Positions 17,201 through 26,487 are shown, numbered from the stretch's first letter. The stretch is 64,000 nt of DNA from Candidatus Aldehydirespirator sp. (GCA_965221605.1 CBDCSK010000016.1:444132-508131); one strand, 5' to 3'. A program made the numbers and translations. Notes: generated by a model not told the origin, from the letters alone.

Positions 17201-18769
17201 TCAGCGCTCCACGATCTTCATGCGGACGTTGAAGAAGTTCACGATCACCGAGATCGTCAGCGAGCAGGCCAGGTAGAACAGCATCCACAGGGAGATCACT
17301 TCGAGCGTCTTGCCGGTCTGGTTGTAGACGATCTCGCCCACCAGGACGAAGTCGCTGTAGCCCACTGCGATGGCCAGTGACGTGTTCTTGGTGAGGTTCA
17401 GGTACTGGTTGCCCAGCGGCGGGAGGATCACCCGGAACGCCTGGGGCAGGACCACACGGCGCAGCATGGTCACCCGTCTCAGGCCGATCGCCTGGGCGGC
17501 CTCGGTCTGGCCCTTGGGCACGGCCAGGATCCCGCCCCGCACGATCTCGGCGATGAAGGACGCGGTGTAGAGCACCACGCCGAAGAACACCGCGGTCCCG
17601 CCCTGGGTGAGGTGCAGACCGGCCGGGCCGAAGTTTGGGAAGTTGCCGATCTGCTCGACATCGGGACGCTTGATGTCGATGGGCTGCCCGGTGCGGCCGT
17701 CCCCGAACTTGTCGGCGAGCCACCCGAAGAAGCCGTTGTCGATTCGCAGCCAGTCGATTCCGCCTCGCCCCAACAGGTCGATGAGCAGGCCGGACAGGCC
17801 GGGCCGGACCATGGCCACCAACACCACCACGGCAAGGGCGCCGATCGCGGCGAAGATGATACGGAACCAGTCGTCGTCGCTCAGCTTCATCAGCCCAGCG
17901 GGGGTACGGCGCCGGGCCAGGAAACGCCGGATCCACAACGCGGCTGCAGCAACCGCAGCCAGACCGAGCACGACCGCGACGACTGTGGGAGTGAGCGAGT
18001 CCACCCCCCGAGCCACAAGCTCGAAGATCGCGCCCACCCAGCCGAAGATCGGGTGGGCCACCCAGCCCACCGCGCCGAACACAGCCAGCACGGCCAGGAA
18101 GCTCAGCACCGGGTAGGTCTCGCGGCCGGTGGCGTCATGGCGGCGCTCCTGGCGGCGCTTGACGAACGAGCCGACCAGCCAGCCCGCGCCGAGGAATACG
18201 AGCCACTGGTAGAAGCCGTCGTCGATGTGCATCCGCGGCACCGAGACTCCCTTGTTGGAGAGGTGCAGCAGGCCGCTGATGGGCCCCTGGTCCAGCTCCA
18301 GATCGGGAAGGGTGGCGACCAGCGCCCAGATGAAGACGATCTGGACCAGAAGCGGGATGTTGCGGACCGTCTCGACGAAGACGCTGCAGATGCGGCTGAC
18401 GATCCAGTTGCTCGACAGCCGCCCCACGCCGACCAGTACCCCGAGGATGGTGGCCACGATGATCCCTCCCACCGCGATGCGGATGGTGTTGACCGCACCG
18501 GCCAACAGCATCCGGCCAGCGGTGTCGGGATTGGTGTCGATGCCCTCGCGGAGGTCGCTGCCGATTCCGATGCCCAGGAAGTCGTACCTGATCTCGATTC
18601 CCTGGCGGTTGAGGTTCTCGAGGGCCTGCGTGGTGAGGAAGACCAGGGCGAAGACGACCAGCACCAGCGCGAACACCTGGGCCAGCCACTTGACGACGGT
18701 GGCGTCGCGGTAGAAGGGCGGACGCTCCGACTGGGTGGCGGCCAGCGTGGCTTGATCAGTGTTGGACAC
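17201..18769 (-). CDS. amino-acid ABC transporter permease (AapQ-like)
   Basis: ASFIAEIVRGGILAVPKGQTEAAQAIGL...LPQAFRVILPPLGNQYLNLTKNTSLA. Confidence 0.85.
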   Translation of the reverse strand: MSNTDQATLAATQSERPPFYRDATVVKWLAQVFALVLVVFALVFLTTQALENLNRQGIEIRYDFLGIGIGSDLREGIDTNPDTAGRMLLAGAVNTIRIAVGGIIVATILGVLVGVGRLSSNWIVSRICSVFVETVRNIPLLVQIVFIWALVATLPDLELDQGPISGLLHLSNKGVSVPRMHIDDGFYQWLVFLGAGWLVGSFVKRRQERRHDATGRETYPVLSFLAVLAVFGAVGWVAHPIFGWVGAIFELVARGVDSLTPTVVAVVLGLAAVAAAALWIRRFLARRRTPAGLMKLSDDDWFRIIFAAIGALAVVVLVAMVRPGLSGLLIDLLGRGGIDWLRIDNGFFGWLADKFGDGRTGQPIDIKRPDVEQIGNFPNFGPAGLHLTQGGTAVFFGVVLYTASFIAEIVRGGILAVPKGQTEAAQAIGLRRVTMLRRVVLPQAFRVILPPLGNQYLNLTKNTSLAIAVGYSDFVLVGEIVYNQTGKTLEVISLWMLFYLACSLTISVIVNFFNVRMKIVER

Positions 18770-18901
18770 GCCGGGGCGCCTCCAAGGCGGTCGGTCGCGG
18801 GATAGGTGGCTAGAACGGCAACGGGGGCCCGGGACTGCTGTCCCGGACCCCCGTCAACCTAGACGAGAATGTCCGCTAGGTGAAGCCTTTGACTTGTTCG
18901 G

Positions 18902-20071
18902 TTACCGGGCCGGAGGAGCGTAGATCAGGCCGCCGTCGAGCCAGCCGGCGTTGGCCGAGCCCTCGCGGGTCAACCCGACCGGGTTCAGGTGGCGGGCGTA
19001 GATCTCGTCGTAGTTCCCGACCTGGGCGATCACCTGGTAGAAGGCGTCGGGGACCAGACCCATGTTCGACTGCTGCTCGTCGTCGGCTGCGCCGAGCAGG
19101 CGGGCCGCCTCGGCGTCGGGCGGGTTGGCCGCCATGTCGGCGACGTTGGCCGAGGTGATGCCCTTCTCGTCGGCGATGATGGTGGCGTACACCGTCCAGT
19201 TGACCACGTCCGCGAAGCGGGACTGGTTCTGACCGTAGGTCGGGCCCAGGGGCTCCTTCGAGATGGGCGTGGCTGGGAAGATCACCCAGTTCTCACCGGC
19301 GGGCTGCTGGTTGGCCTTGCGCCCGACCAGTGCCGAGCCGTCCGTCGTGATGACGTCGCAGGCGCCGTTGATGAAGTTCTCGGTGACCTGGTCGAAGTCC
19401 TGGTACGTCGTGAGCTGAATCGAGATCCCGGCGGCGTCGGCCGCGTCGGCGATGTTCTGCTCGGTGGTCGTGCCGGCGTTGGTGCATACCACCGCGCCGG
19501 CGATGTCGACCACCTGGGAGGCTCCCGAGAAGCCGGCGGACTCGCGGGCCATGAGCTGCTGGCCGTCGTAGTAGGTAGTGGGACCGAAGTCCATGCCGAC
19601 CTCGGTGTCACGGCTCTGGGTCCAGGTCGTGTTGCGCATCAGCACGTCAACCTCGCCCGTCTGCACCGCAGTGAACCGCTCGGCCGCGGTCAGGGGCGTG
19701 AACTCGACCGCGCCGGCGTCGCCGAACAGCGCCGCGGCCACCGCACGGCAGTAGTCGGCGTCGAAGCCGGTCTGGGAGCCGTCGGGCTGGGTCTCAGAGA
19801 AGGCCACCGCCGAACCGGACACGCCGCAGTGCAGGTCGCCGCGCGCCAGGACTGTGTCGAGCAGGTCCCCGTCCTGCGTGTCCGCGATGGCGTCGGCCGC
19901 GGTGGTCGTGGTCTCCGCGGGTGCTGCGGCCGTGGTCTCCGGAGCCGTTGTGTCCGTCGCTGCCGTGGTGCCGGTGTCGCTCTCGCCGTCGTCGCCGCAG
20001 GCAGCCGCGATGAGCGTTACCGCGAGGATGACGGCTGGCACGCGCCAGACCAGAGATTTCTTTAGAGTCAC
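18902..20071 (-). CDS. amino-acid ABC transporter substrate-binding lipoprotein
   Basis: GTG start at 20071 with GGAGGG 4 nt upstream. Lipobox LIAAAC. The track start at 20137 is probably too long. Confidence 0.9.
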   Translation of the reverse strand: MTLKKSLVWRVPAVILAVTLIAAACGDDGESDTGTTAATDTTAPETTAAAPAETTTTAADAIADTQDGDLLDTVLARGDLHCGVSGSAVAFSETQPDGSQTGFDADYCRAVAAALFGDAGAVEFTPLTAAERFTAVQTGEVDVLMRNTTWTQSRDTEVGMDFGPTTYYDGQQLMARESAGFSGASQVVDIAGAVVCTNAGTTTEQNIADAADAAGISIQLTTYQDFDQVTENFINGACDVITTDGSALVGRKANQQPAGENWVIFPATPISKEPLGPTYGQNQSRFADVVNWTVYATIIADEKGITSANVADMAANPPDAEAARLLGAADDEQQSNMGLVPDAFYQVIAQVGNYDEIYARHLNPVGLTREGSANAGWLDGGLIYAPPAR

Positions 20072-20160
20072 AGTTCCCTCCGTGGGTGTGTGGTTGCGTG
20101 ACGGTCCCACGCTATTGCCGGACCCCGCCGGTTTCAAGTGATTGGTGGTCGCGATATTGC

Positions 20161-20218
20161 GCTCACGACTTCTGCCACGTTCATGGTGAGCTCACTACTT
20201 CTGCCACGTTCATGGTGA
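20161..20218. repeat. 29-bp tandem duplication (28/29 identical) between the substrate-binding-protein (SBP) pseudogene and the intact SBP gene
   Basis: gctcacGacttctgccacgttcatggtga (20161..20189) and gctcacTacttctgccacgttcatggtga (20190..20218). Confidence 0.9.
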
Positions 20219-20987
20219 TCAGCGTGCCGGTGGCGCATAGATGAGGCCGCCGTCGCTCCAGCTTGCGTTGACGGAGCCGCGCGTCAAGACCGCCGGTTCG
20301 AGGTGGCGGGCGACGATCTCGCCGTAGTTTCCCACCTGCGAGATGGCCCGGTGGAAGGCGTCGGGAGCCAGGCCCATGGCCGACTGCAGCTCCCCCTCAC
20401 CGCCGAGCAGCCGGCCCGCCTCCGCATCAGGCGGGCCGGCGGCCACCTCAGCCATATTGCCGGAGGTGATCCCCTTCTCGTCCGCGATGATCGTGGCGTA
20501 GACCGCCCAGTTCACGACGTCAGCGAAGCGAGACTGGTTCTGCGGGTACACCGGGGCCAGCGGTTCCTTGGAGATCGGTATGGCCGGGAAGATCACCCAC
20601 CCCTGGTCGTCGGGCTGCTGCTTCGCCTTGCGGCCGGCCAGCGCCGAGCCGTCGGCGGTGGCCACGTCGCAGGCGCCGCTGATGAAGTTCTCGATGACGG
20701 CGTCGAAGTCCTCGAGGGTGGTGAGCGTTATGTCGATGCCGGCGGCCTCGGCGGCATCAGACGCCGCAGACCAGCCTGCCGCGCTCTTGCACCTTCTGCA
20801 GCAGGTCGCCGTCGCCGCTGTCCTCGACGACGGCCCCGGTCGTCGTCGCGGTCTCCGGGGCCTCGGTCGCCGCCGGCTCGGGCGTGCCCACGGGCTCCGC
20901 GCCGGTGGTGTCCTGCGAATCCGGGTCGCCACAGGCCAACACCGCCCACGCGACGACCCCGAGCGCCAGCAACAGCCCCCGGCTCAC
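20219..20987 (-). pseudogene. degraded paralog of the amino-acid substrate-binding lipoprotein (internal deletion plus frameshift)
   Basis: The N-terminal piece (20757..20987, lipobox AVLACGD, ...RGRLVCGV*) and the C-terminal piece (20219..~20770, SDAAEAAGIDITLTT...LIYAPPAR) lie in different frames. Both align to the intact neighbour 18902..20071, but ~150 aa of the middle are missing. Confidence 0.8.
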
Positions 20988-20992
20988 AGCCC

Positions 20993-22747
20993 TTACAGAT
21001 ACTGGCCGGTCTGCACCCGCTCGATCGAGCGTCCCCCGGAGGCCTCCTCGTCGTGGTCGCTCGACACCAGCGTGCGCACGAACACGATGCGCTCGCCCTT
21101 CTTGCCCGAGATGCGGGCCCAGTCGTCGGGGTTGGTGGTGTTGGGCAGGTCCTCGTGCTCCTTGAACTCCTGGCGCACCGAGGCCAGCAGGTCGGAGGTC
21201 ACAATGCCGCGGGCGCCGCCGGAGATCTCCCGCTTTATGGCCAGCTTCTTGGCTCGCCGCACCACATTCTCGATCATCGCCCCCGAGGCGAAGTCCCGGA
21301 AGTACATGATCTCCTTGTCCCCGTTGGAGTAGGTCACCTCCAGGAACTGGTTGGTGTCGGCGGGCCGGTACATGTCGTCCACGGTCTGCTCGATCATGCC
21401 CCGCACGGCCTTGTCGGCGTCGCCGCCCCCGACGGTGTCGACCATCTCGGACGCGATCGGCAGGGCGGGCACCAGGTAGCGGGCGAAGATGGCCGCCGCG
21501 GCCTCGGCGTCGGGCCGCTCGATCTTGATCTTCACGTCGAGGCGGCCCGGTCTCAGGATGGCCGGGTCGATGAGGTCCTCCCGGTTGGAGGCTCCGATCA
21601 CGATCACGTTGCGCAGCGCTTCGACGCCGTCGATCTCGGCCAGCAGCTGGGGGACGATCGTGGACTCGATGTCGGAACTGATCCCGGAGCCGCGGGTGCG
21701 GAACAGCGACTCCATCTCGTCGAAGAACACGATCACGGGCCAGCCCTGCTCGCTCTTCTCCCGGGCCCTCTGGAACACCAGGCGGATCTGCCGCTCAGTC
21801 TCGCCCACGTACTTGTTGAGCAGCTCGGGGCCCTTGATGTTCAGGAAGAAGCTGCGGGCATTGGCGTCGCCGGAGAGGTCCGAGACCTTGTTGGCCAGGC
21901 TGTTGGCCACCGCCTTGGCGATCAGGGTCTTGCCGCAGCCGGGCGGACCGTAGAGCAGCACTCCCTTGGGTGCGGGCAGGTCGTAGTCGGCGAACAGGGC
22001 GTGATGGACGAACGGCAGCTCGACCGCGTCGGTGATCTGCTCGATCTGGGAGTCGAGCCCGCCGACGTCGTCGTAGCTGATGTCGGGCACCTCCTCAAGG
22101 ATCAGGTCCTCGACCTCGGGCCGGGGCAGGCGCTCGATCACCAAGTCCCCCGAGGCGTCGATCAGCACGTTGTCGCCGCTGCGGATCGGCCCCGCGGCCA
22201 CGACCGCGCTCAACTCGACCACCCGCTCCTCGTCGGCCCGCCCCAGCACCAGTGCCCGGTCGCCGCCCGGCAGCAGCTCCTTCACCGTGGCCACCTCACC
22301 GGTGCGGTCCGGCCGGCGGGCCAGTACCACGCTGAACGACTCGTTGAGGGCTACTTCCTCACCTGCGGACAGATCCTCGGCCAGGTCGGGATGGACGGCC
22401 ACCCGCATCTTGCGGCCGCTGGCGCGCACGTCGACGGTGCCGTCGTCGTTGCAGCCGAGGACGGTCCCGTAGCCGCTGGGCGGCTGGGTGAGCTTCTCCA
22501 CCTCCTCGCGCAACGAGCCGATGTGCTCGCGGGCGTCGCGCAGCATGGTGGTGAGCCGCTCGTTCTGGGACACCGCCTGGGTGAGCCGACCCTTGGTGTC
22601 GGCCAGGCGCTCCTCGAGCATGCGGACCCGCTTGGGCGCGTCGTGGAGCCGGCGGCGCAGGGAGGCCACCTCTCCCTCGAGCTCGGAGACGAGGCGGCGC
22701 AGGCGTTCAAGATCCTGCTTCGAGTTGTCGCTGCCGGTCTCGCTCAC
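20993..22747 (-). CDS. arc: proteasome-associated AAA ATPase ARC/Mpa
   Basis: N-terminal coiled coil, Walker [10 protein letters not shown]-terminal ...VQTGQYL docking motif. Confidence 0.95.
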   Translation of the reverse strand: MSETGSDNSKQDLERLRRLVSELEGEVASLRRRLHDAPKRVRMLEERLADTKGRLTQAVSQNERLTTMLRDAREHIGSLREEVEKLTQPPSGYGTVLGCNDDGTVDVRASGRKMRVAVHPDLAEDLSAGEEVALNESFSVVLARRPDRTGEVATVKELLPGGDRALVLGRADEERVVELSAVVAAGPIRSGDNVLIDASGDLVIERLPRPEVEDLILEEVPDISYDDVGGLDSQIEQITDAVELPFVHHALFADYDLPAPKGVLLYGPPGCGKTLIAKAVANSLANKVSDLSGDANARSFFLNIKGPELLNKYVGETERQIRLVFQRAREKSEQGWPVIVFFDEMESLFRTRGSGISSDIESTIVPQLLAEIDGVEALRNVIVIGASNREDLIDPAILRPGRLDVKIKIERPDAEAAAAIFARYLVPALPIASEMVDTVGGGDADKAVRGMIEQTVDDMYRPADTNQFLEVTYSNGDKEIMYFRDFASGAMIENVVRRAKKLAIKREISGGARGIVTSDLLASVRQEFKEHEDLPNTTNPDDWARISGKKGERIVFVRTLVSSDHDEEASGGRSIERVQTGQYL

Positions 22748-23000
22748 GGCTCACCTCCTCGCTGCCCGGTCCGATGGATCCGACGACACCCTAGACTGCA
22801 CCGGCGCCAGACTGCGATTCAACCCCTGAACGCGGCCGTCCGAGCAATTGGCGAGAGGGGGCCGTCGCGGGTTGGCATCGGCGGAGCAGGGTAGGCAGGC
22901 TTAGGACTCCGGCCCCGCTATGCTTGCAGTCAGTTGCTGCGAGCCGCGGGCGCTCGCAGTCCGATTCAACCGCCCGCTGAAGAGAGGTATCTCCGCCGAC

Positions 23001-23234
23001 ATGAAGGTCTGGATTGATCAGGACTTGTGTACGGGCGACGGCTTGTGCGAGGAGATCGCCCCCGACGTGTTCACCCTCCTCGACGACGGCTTGGCTTACG
23101 TTGTCGAGGACGGCCACGTTTTTTCTGACCCCGGCGGACCAGACGGCCTGGCCGTGGTGCCTGCCGGCCAGGAGGAGGCCACCATCGAGTCGGCCGAGGA
23201 GTGCCCCGGGGAGTGCATCTTCATCGAGGTCTGA
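23001..23234 (+). CDS. small ferredoxin
   Basis: MKVWIDQDLCTGDGLCEEIAPDVF...EECPGECIFIE. ATG at 23001 lies within the longer track ORF. Confidence 0.85.
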   Translation: MKVWIDQDLCTGDGLCEEIAPDVFTLLDDGLAYVVEDGHVFSDPGGPDGLAVVPAGQEEATIESAEECPGECIFIEV

Positions 23235-23298
23235 CCCACCGGGCTGGACTCGCCCACCTGCAGACCATATTGAGTCACTCGGGGAATTGAGCGGCGCT

Positions 23299-23328
23299 GC
23301 CGGATTCGCACCGCCTACCCGCTCGGCC
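23299..23328 (+). repeat. solo copy of the tail module of the interspersed repeat
   Basis: gccggattcgcaccgcctacccgctcggcc compared with the tail of copy C, gccggattcgcgtgcctatccgctcggcc. Confidence 0.5.
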
Positions 23329-23330
23329 GG

Positions 23331-24188
23331 TCAATCGCAGTCGGGGACTCCGGCGGGCTGATCCAGGTCGGAGGAGGCCAGCAGCGCGGCGAGCGGGCCC
23401 GACCGTGTGGCGTAGGCCACCCCTCCTCCCCCGCGGCGGGAGGCGCCCCAGGCGACGCCCACTGCGGTGGTCCGGCCGTCGACGCCGGTCACCAGCGCGG
23501 CGCCGGAGTCACCCACCTCGGTCTGGGCGGCGAGGAGCCACGACTGCCGCTCGATGCGCTCGTCGCCGTTCACGATCTCCGTGCGCACCGTGACCGGACG
23601 GTCGATGCGGAACGGCGTCGGGTCCGGTGAGCCCTCGGCCTCCCAGGCCAGCACCGCGCCGACGGTGCCGTCGGGAACGGCCTCGCTCAGCGGCAGGGGC
23701 CGCAGGCCGGCGCCGGAGACCCGCAGCACAGCCAGATCGTTCACGGGATCGAAGGCCACCATCACGGCGTCGAACTCCCGGCCGTCGTGAAGCTCGACGG
23801 TCGGCTCGTCCATGCCGATCATGAGATGGGCGATGGTGACGACGAAGTCGCCGTCTGCGACCGCGAAGCCGCTGCCCTCGCGCACGATCCCGCGGCACGC
23901 CGGACCGTAGACCCTCACCGACGACTCCACGGCCACGGCCAGCTCCGCTTCCGGGAGGCCGTGGTCGTCCGGCACCGGGCCCGGGTCGGGAGGGTCGTCG
24001 AGCGGGGGCCTTATCGACGAGGGTGGCGGGACCGTCCCAGCCTCGACTGGCGTCTGGGGTTGACGATCACCCGGCGCCGTAGTCCCGCCCTCGAGCAGGG
24101 TGACGGCAGCGATGGCCGTGCCCGCAACGACCACCGCAATGGCCGATACTGCCGCGAGAAATCGCGCGCGCGGGCGCAATCCGGTCAC
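23331..24188 (-). CDS. membrane-anchored trypsin-like (S1) serine protease
   Basis: Catalytic triad contexts TIAHLM, NDLAVL and GDSGAAL. TM anchor FLAAVSAIAVVVAGTAIAAVTLL. Start placed at GTG 24188, because 24200..24292 is a repeat element rather than coding sequence. Confidence 0.75.
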   Translation of the reverse strand: MTGLRPRARFLAAVSAIAVVVAGTAIAAVTLLEGGTTAPGDRQPQTPVEAGTVPPPSSIRPPLDDPPDPGPVPDDHGLPEAELAVAVESSVRVYGPACRGIVREGSGFAVADGDFVVTIAHLMIGMDEPTVELHDGREFDAVMVAFDPVNDLAVLRVSGAGLRPLPLSEAVPDGTVGAVLAWEAEGSPDPTPFRIDRPVTVRTEIVNGDERIERQSWLLAAQTEVGDSGAALVTGVDGRTTAVGVAWGASRRGGGGVAYATRSGPLAALLASSDLDQPAGVPDCD

Positions 24189-24199
24189 GTTGCGGGGGC

Positions 24200-24292
24200 G
24201 TGTCTCCCGCTCTTGTTCGCTGCGCTCACGGGCCGCTCGGGCCACGGCCTCGCCCGTATGGGCCGGATCTGCTCGCCTACCCGCTCGGCCTC
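24200..24292 (+). repeat. interspersed ~95-bp repeat, copy A
   Basis: gtgtctcccgctcttgttcgctgcgctcacgggccgctcgggccacggcctcgcccgtatgg... The first 62 nt are identical to copy B in inverted orientation. Confidence 0.85.
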
Positions 24293-24310
24293 GGATCCGC
24301 CGCCCCGGCG

Positions 24311-25087
24311 TCACTGCTCGGTCAGCCGGCTGACGGTGAGGAAGCCGGTGTGGGCCACCATCCGGTGGTTGGGGCGCACCGCGTCGCCCTCCACATGCCA
24401 GCCCCGCTGGAGGACCTCGACCGTCTCGTGGAGGTCGAACGGCGAGTCGTCCAGCGCCCGGCGCAGTCTCTGGACCTGCACGATGCTCGGCGTATAGGCC
24501 AGCAGGATCCCGCCGGCGCGCAGGGCCACCGAGGCGTGGGGCACCACCTGCCAGGGTTCGGGCAGGTCCAGCACCACCCGGTCGAGCCCGGTCTCGTCGA
24601 TGCCCTCATAGACGTCGCGCACCTCGGTGCGGTACCGCTCCAGCGCCCCGGACCCGCAGAAGCGCTCCACGTTGGCCCTGGCCCGGGCGCAGAAGTCCTC
24701 GCGCCGCTCGTATCCCGTCACCACCGCGCCCGCCCGCAGCAGCGCCATCGACAGCGCCCCTGAGCCGACCCCGGCCTCCAGCACCCGGGCGCCAGGGAAT
24801 ATGTCGGCCAGCATCAGGATGGGGCCTATGTCCTTGGGATAGATGACCTGCGCGCCCCGGGGCATCTTGAGCACCGCGTCGGCCAGCGTCGGTCGCAGCG
24901 CCAGGAAGTACGAGCCCCGGGTGGACCGCAGCCTGGTCCCCTCCGGCACCCCGATGATCTCGTCGTGGGAGATCACCCCGGTATGGGTGTGGAACTCGCG
25001 ACCGGAGGCCAGGTCGAACAGGTAGCGGCGGCTCTTGCGGTCGATGAGCAGGACCGGCTCGCCCGGCTCGAACGGCCGGCCGGTCAT
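24311..25087 (-). CDS. trmI: tRNA (adenine58-N1)-methyltransferase TrmI
   Basis: [23 protein letters not shown]..., SAM motif VLEAGVGSGALS. ATGA overlap with the upstream stop. The track start at 25507 is too long. Confidence 0.9.
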   Translation of the reverse strand: MTGRPFEPGEPVLLIDRKSRRYLFDLASGREFHTHTGVISHDEIIGVPEGTRLRSTRGSYFLALRPTLADAVLKMPRGAQVIYPKDIGPILMLADIFPGARVLEAGVGSGALSMALLRAGAVVTGYERREDFCARARANVERFCGSGALERYRTEVRDVYEGIDETGLDRVVLDLPEPWQVVPHASVALRAGGILLAYTPSIVQVQRLRRALDDSPFDLHETVEVLQRGWHVEGDAVRPNHRMVAHTGFLTVSRLTEQ

Positions 25088-26022
25088 CGATCGCCGCGAT
25101 CGGTCAGGCGCACCGGCGCCGGCCCGGCTACCCGCTCGGACAGGCGGCAGAAGGCGCACACCCCGGCATCGGTGGGCGACCCGCAGCGTTCGCACGGCGC
25201 GAGCTCGCCGCGGTCGCGCTCGACCTCGGCCCGGAAGCGGGCCGAGGCCCTGTCCAGGAAGCCGAAGTAGAAGTCGTGCTTTGCGCCGGGCGACTCGACC
25301 TCTATGTCGTTCAGCGCGGCCTTGTAGGCCAGATGCTTGTTGCCGGCCGCCATGGGGCATTCGTCGACGATGTAGTCGATCCCCCGCAGCAGGCAATAGG
25401 CCGCGGTCTCCCGCTCGCCCAGCCGGACCAGCGGCTTGATCTTGCGGGGGAAGCCGTCGCGGGCTGCCAGCACCGGCAGCTGCCGCCCCAGATACTCGGT
25501 CTGCCACCGCAGGGTGTTGCCCATCAGCACGGCCGCCTCGTCGTCGAGGTTGTGACCGGTGGCGAGAGCGTCATAGCCGCCGCCGCGGGCCGCTTCGTCG
25601 AAGAGGTGCCGCTTGGACAGACCGCAGGCCGAGCACGGCGCCCTCCTGGCGGCCCGAGCGCCGCCGGGAATGTCGAAGCCATGGGCCTCCGGCAGGTCGA
25701 CGGTGTGGAGGGTAAGGCCGCGACCCTCGGCGTAGCGGCGGGCGTAGCTCTCGGACTTCTCGCTGTAGTCGCCGATGCCAAGCCCGAGGTAGAAGCCGTC
25801 GGCGGCATAACCGAGCTCGGTGAGCAGGTCCCACACCGCCAGGCTGTCCTTGCCGCCCGACACCGCCACCAGCACCCGGTCGCCGTCGGCCAGCATGTCG
25901 AAGCGGCGGATGGCCTTGGCCACCTGGTCCCGGCACAGGCGCAGGAAGTGCTCGGCGCAGAAGTTGGCGTTGTGGCGGCGCACGTCTATCACCGCAGGCC
26001 CGCGGCACACCCGGCACTTCAT
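25084..26022 (-). CDS. PP-loop tRNA 2-thiolation ATPase, TtuA/TtcA family
   Basis: PP-loop SGGKDS. N-terminal CRVC...C..H and C-terminal CERC...CAFC zinc-finger-like clusters. Confidence 0.85.
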   Translation of the reverse strand: MKCRVCRGPAVIDVRRHNANFCAEHFLRLCRDQVAKAIRRFDMLADGDRVLVAVSGGKDSLAVWDLLTELGYAADGFYLGLGIGDYSEKSESYARRYAEGRGLTLHTVDLPEAHGFDIPGGARAARRAPCSACGLSKRHLFDEAARGGGYDALATGHNLDDEAAVLMGNTLRWQTEYLGRQLPVLAARDGFPRKIKPLVRLGERETAAYCLLRGIDYIVDECPMAAGNKHLAYKAALNDIEVESPGAKHDFYFGFLDRASARFRAEVERDRGELAPCERCGSPTDAGVCAFCRLSERVAGPAPVRLTDRGDR

Positions 26023-26240
26023 GGCGCTCCAGCCCGCCCGTCGCCGGCGCCGCCGGAGATCACGCTGCGCACCTCCACGTCGGAGCGGTCCGGAAGCGTC
26101 CGGTCGCCCGGAACCAGCTCACCGTCGCAGATCACCAGATGCGATTCCCGGTTCAGGCCGAGACGGTCGAGGAGGGCGCGCACCGTCACCGGTCCCTGCA
26201 CCTCCAGTTCCCTGGTCGGGTTGCGCAGCACGACTCGCAT
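26019..26240 (-). CDS. ThiS/MoaD/TtuB-like ubiquitin-fold sulfur carrier with a 9-aa extension after the GG
   Basis: 73 aa, [29 protein letters not shown]...[23 protein letters not shown] overlap with the TtuA-like start. Confidence 0.7.
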   Translation of the reverse strand: MRVVLRNPTRELEVQGPVTVRALLDRLGLNRESHLVICDGELVPGDRTLPDRSDVEVRSVISGGAGDGRAGAP

Positions 26241-26266
26241 GCGAGCTGCGTGGCCGCCCCGAAGCC

Positions 26267-26443
26267 TCAGGAGCCGTCGGGTTCGACGTGGCGGATCTCG
26301 ATACCGGTGGACGGCTCCAGCCGCTCCGACAGCACGGTCACCGGTTCTCGGGGTCCGACCGCCCGCCGCACCAGCTTGACCGCGCTGGTTGCTACGAACG
26401 CCGCGAACCAGAACCGCGAGCTGCCGAGAAGGCCCCTGCGCAC
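26267..26443 (-). CDS. possible small membrane protein (58 aa from GTG)
   Basis: High GC3. Hydrophobic segment [14 protein letters not shown]. The longer track ORF runs through repeat copy B and is therefore trimmed. Confidence 0.35.
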   Translation of the reverse strand: MRRGLLGSSRFWFAAFVATSAVKLVRRAVGPREPVTVLSERLEPSTGIEIRHVEPDGS

Positions 26444-26487
26444 CGCCTGGCGGCTGATCCAGGCGGCCGCGGTCCGCCCGCCAACCA

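Noticed and set aside
15008-17232. 692-aa minus-strand and 712-aa plus-strand ORFs overlapping the ABC permease
   Set aside because: These are alternative and antisense frames of the permease gene. They are extremely Arg/Gly/Pro-rich, whereas the 15052..17199 frame has the conserved permease core and hydrophobic helices.
20303-22894. 863-aa plus-strand ORF
   Set aside because: It is antisense to the well-supported arc/mpa gene and the SBP pseudogene. It is a low-complexity Arg/Gly/His/Val frame with no motifs.
24189-24314. N-terminal 42 codons of the protease ORF, and the similar peptides [13 protein letters not shown] in ORFs 26139..26702 and 40908..41105
   Set aside because: The shared peptide is a translation of the interspersed 95-bp repeat, read in either orientation. 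It is therefore not coding, and the starts were moved downstream of the element.
25128-25139. Extra occurrences of ctacccgctcgg (25128) and ttacccgctcgg (26828) as further copies of the repeat tail
   Set aside because: They lie inside well-supported coding frames (SERVAG and SERVT) and lack the rest of the element, so they are probably chance or codon-driven matches.
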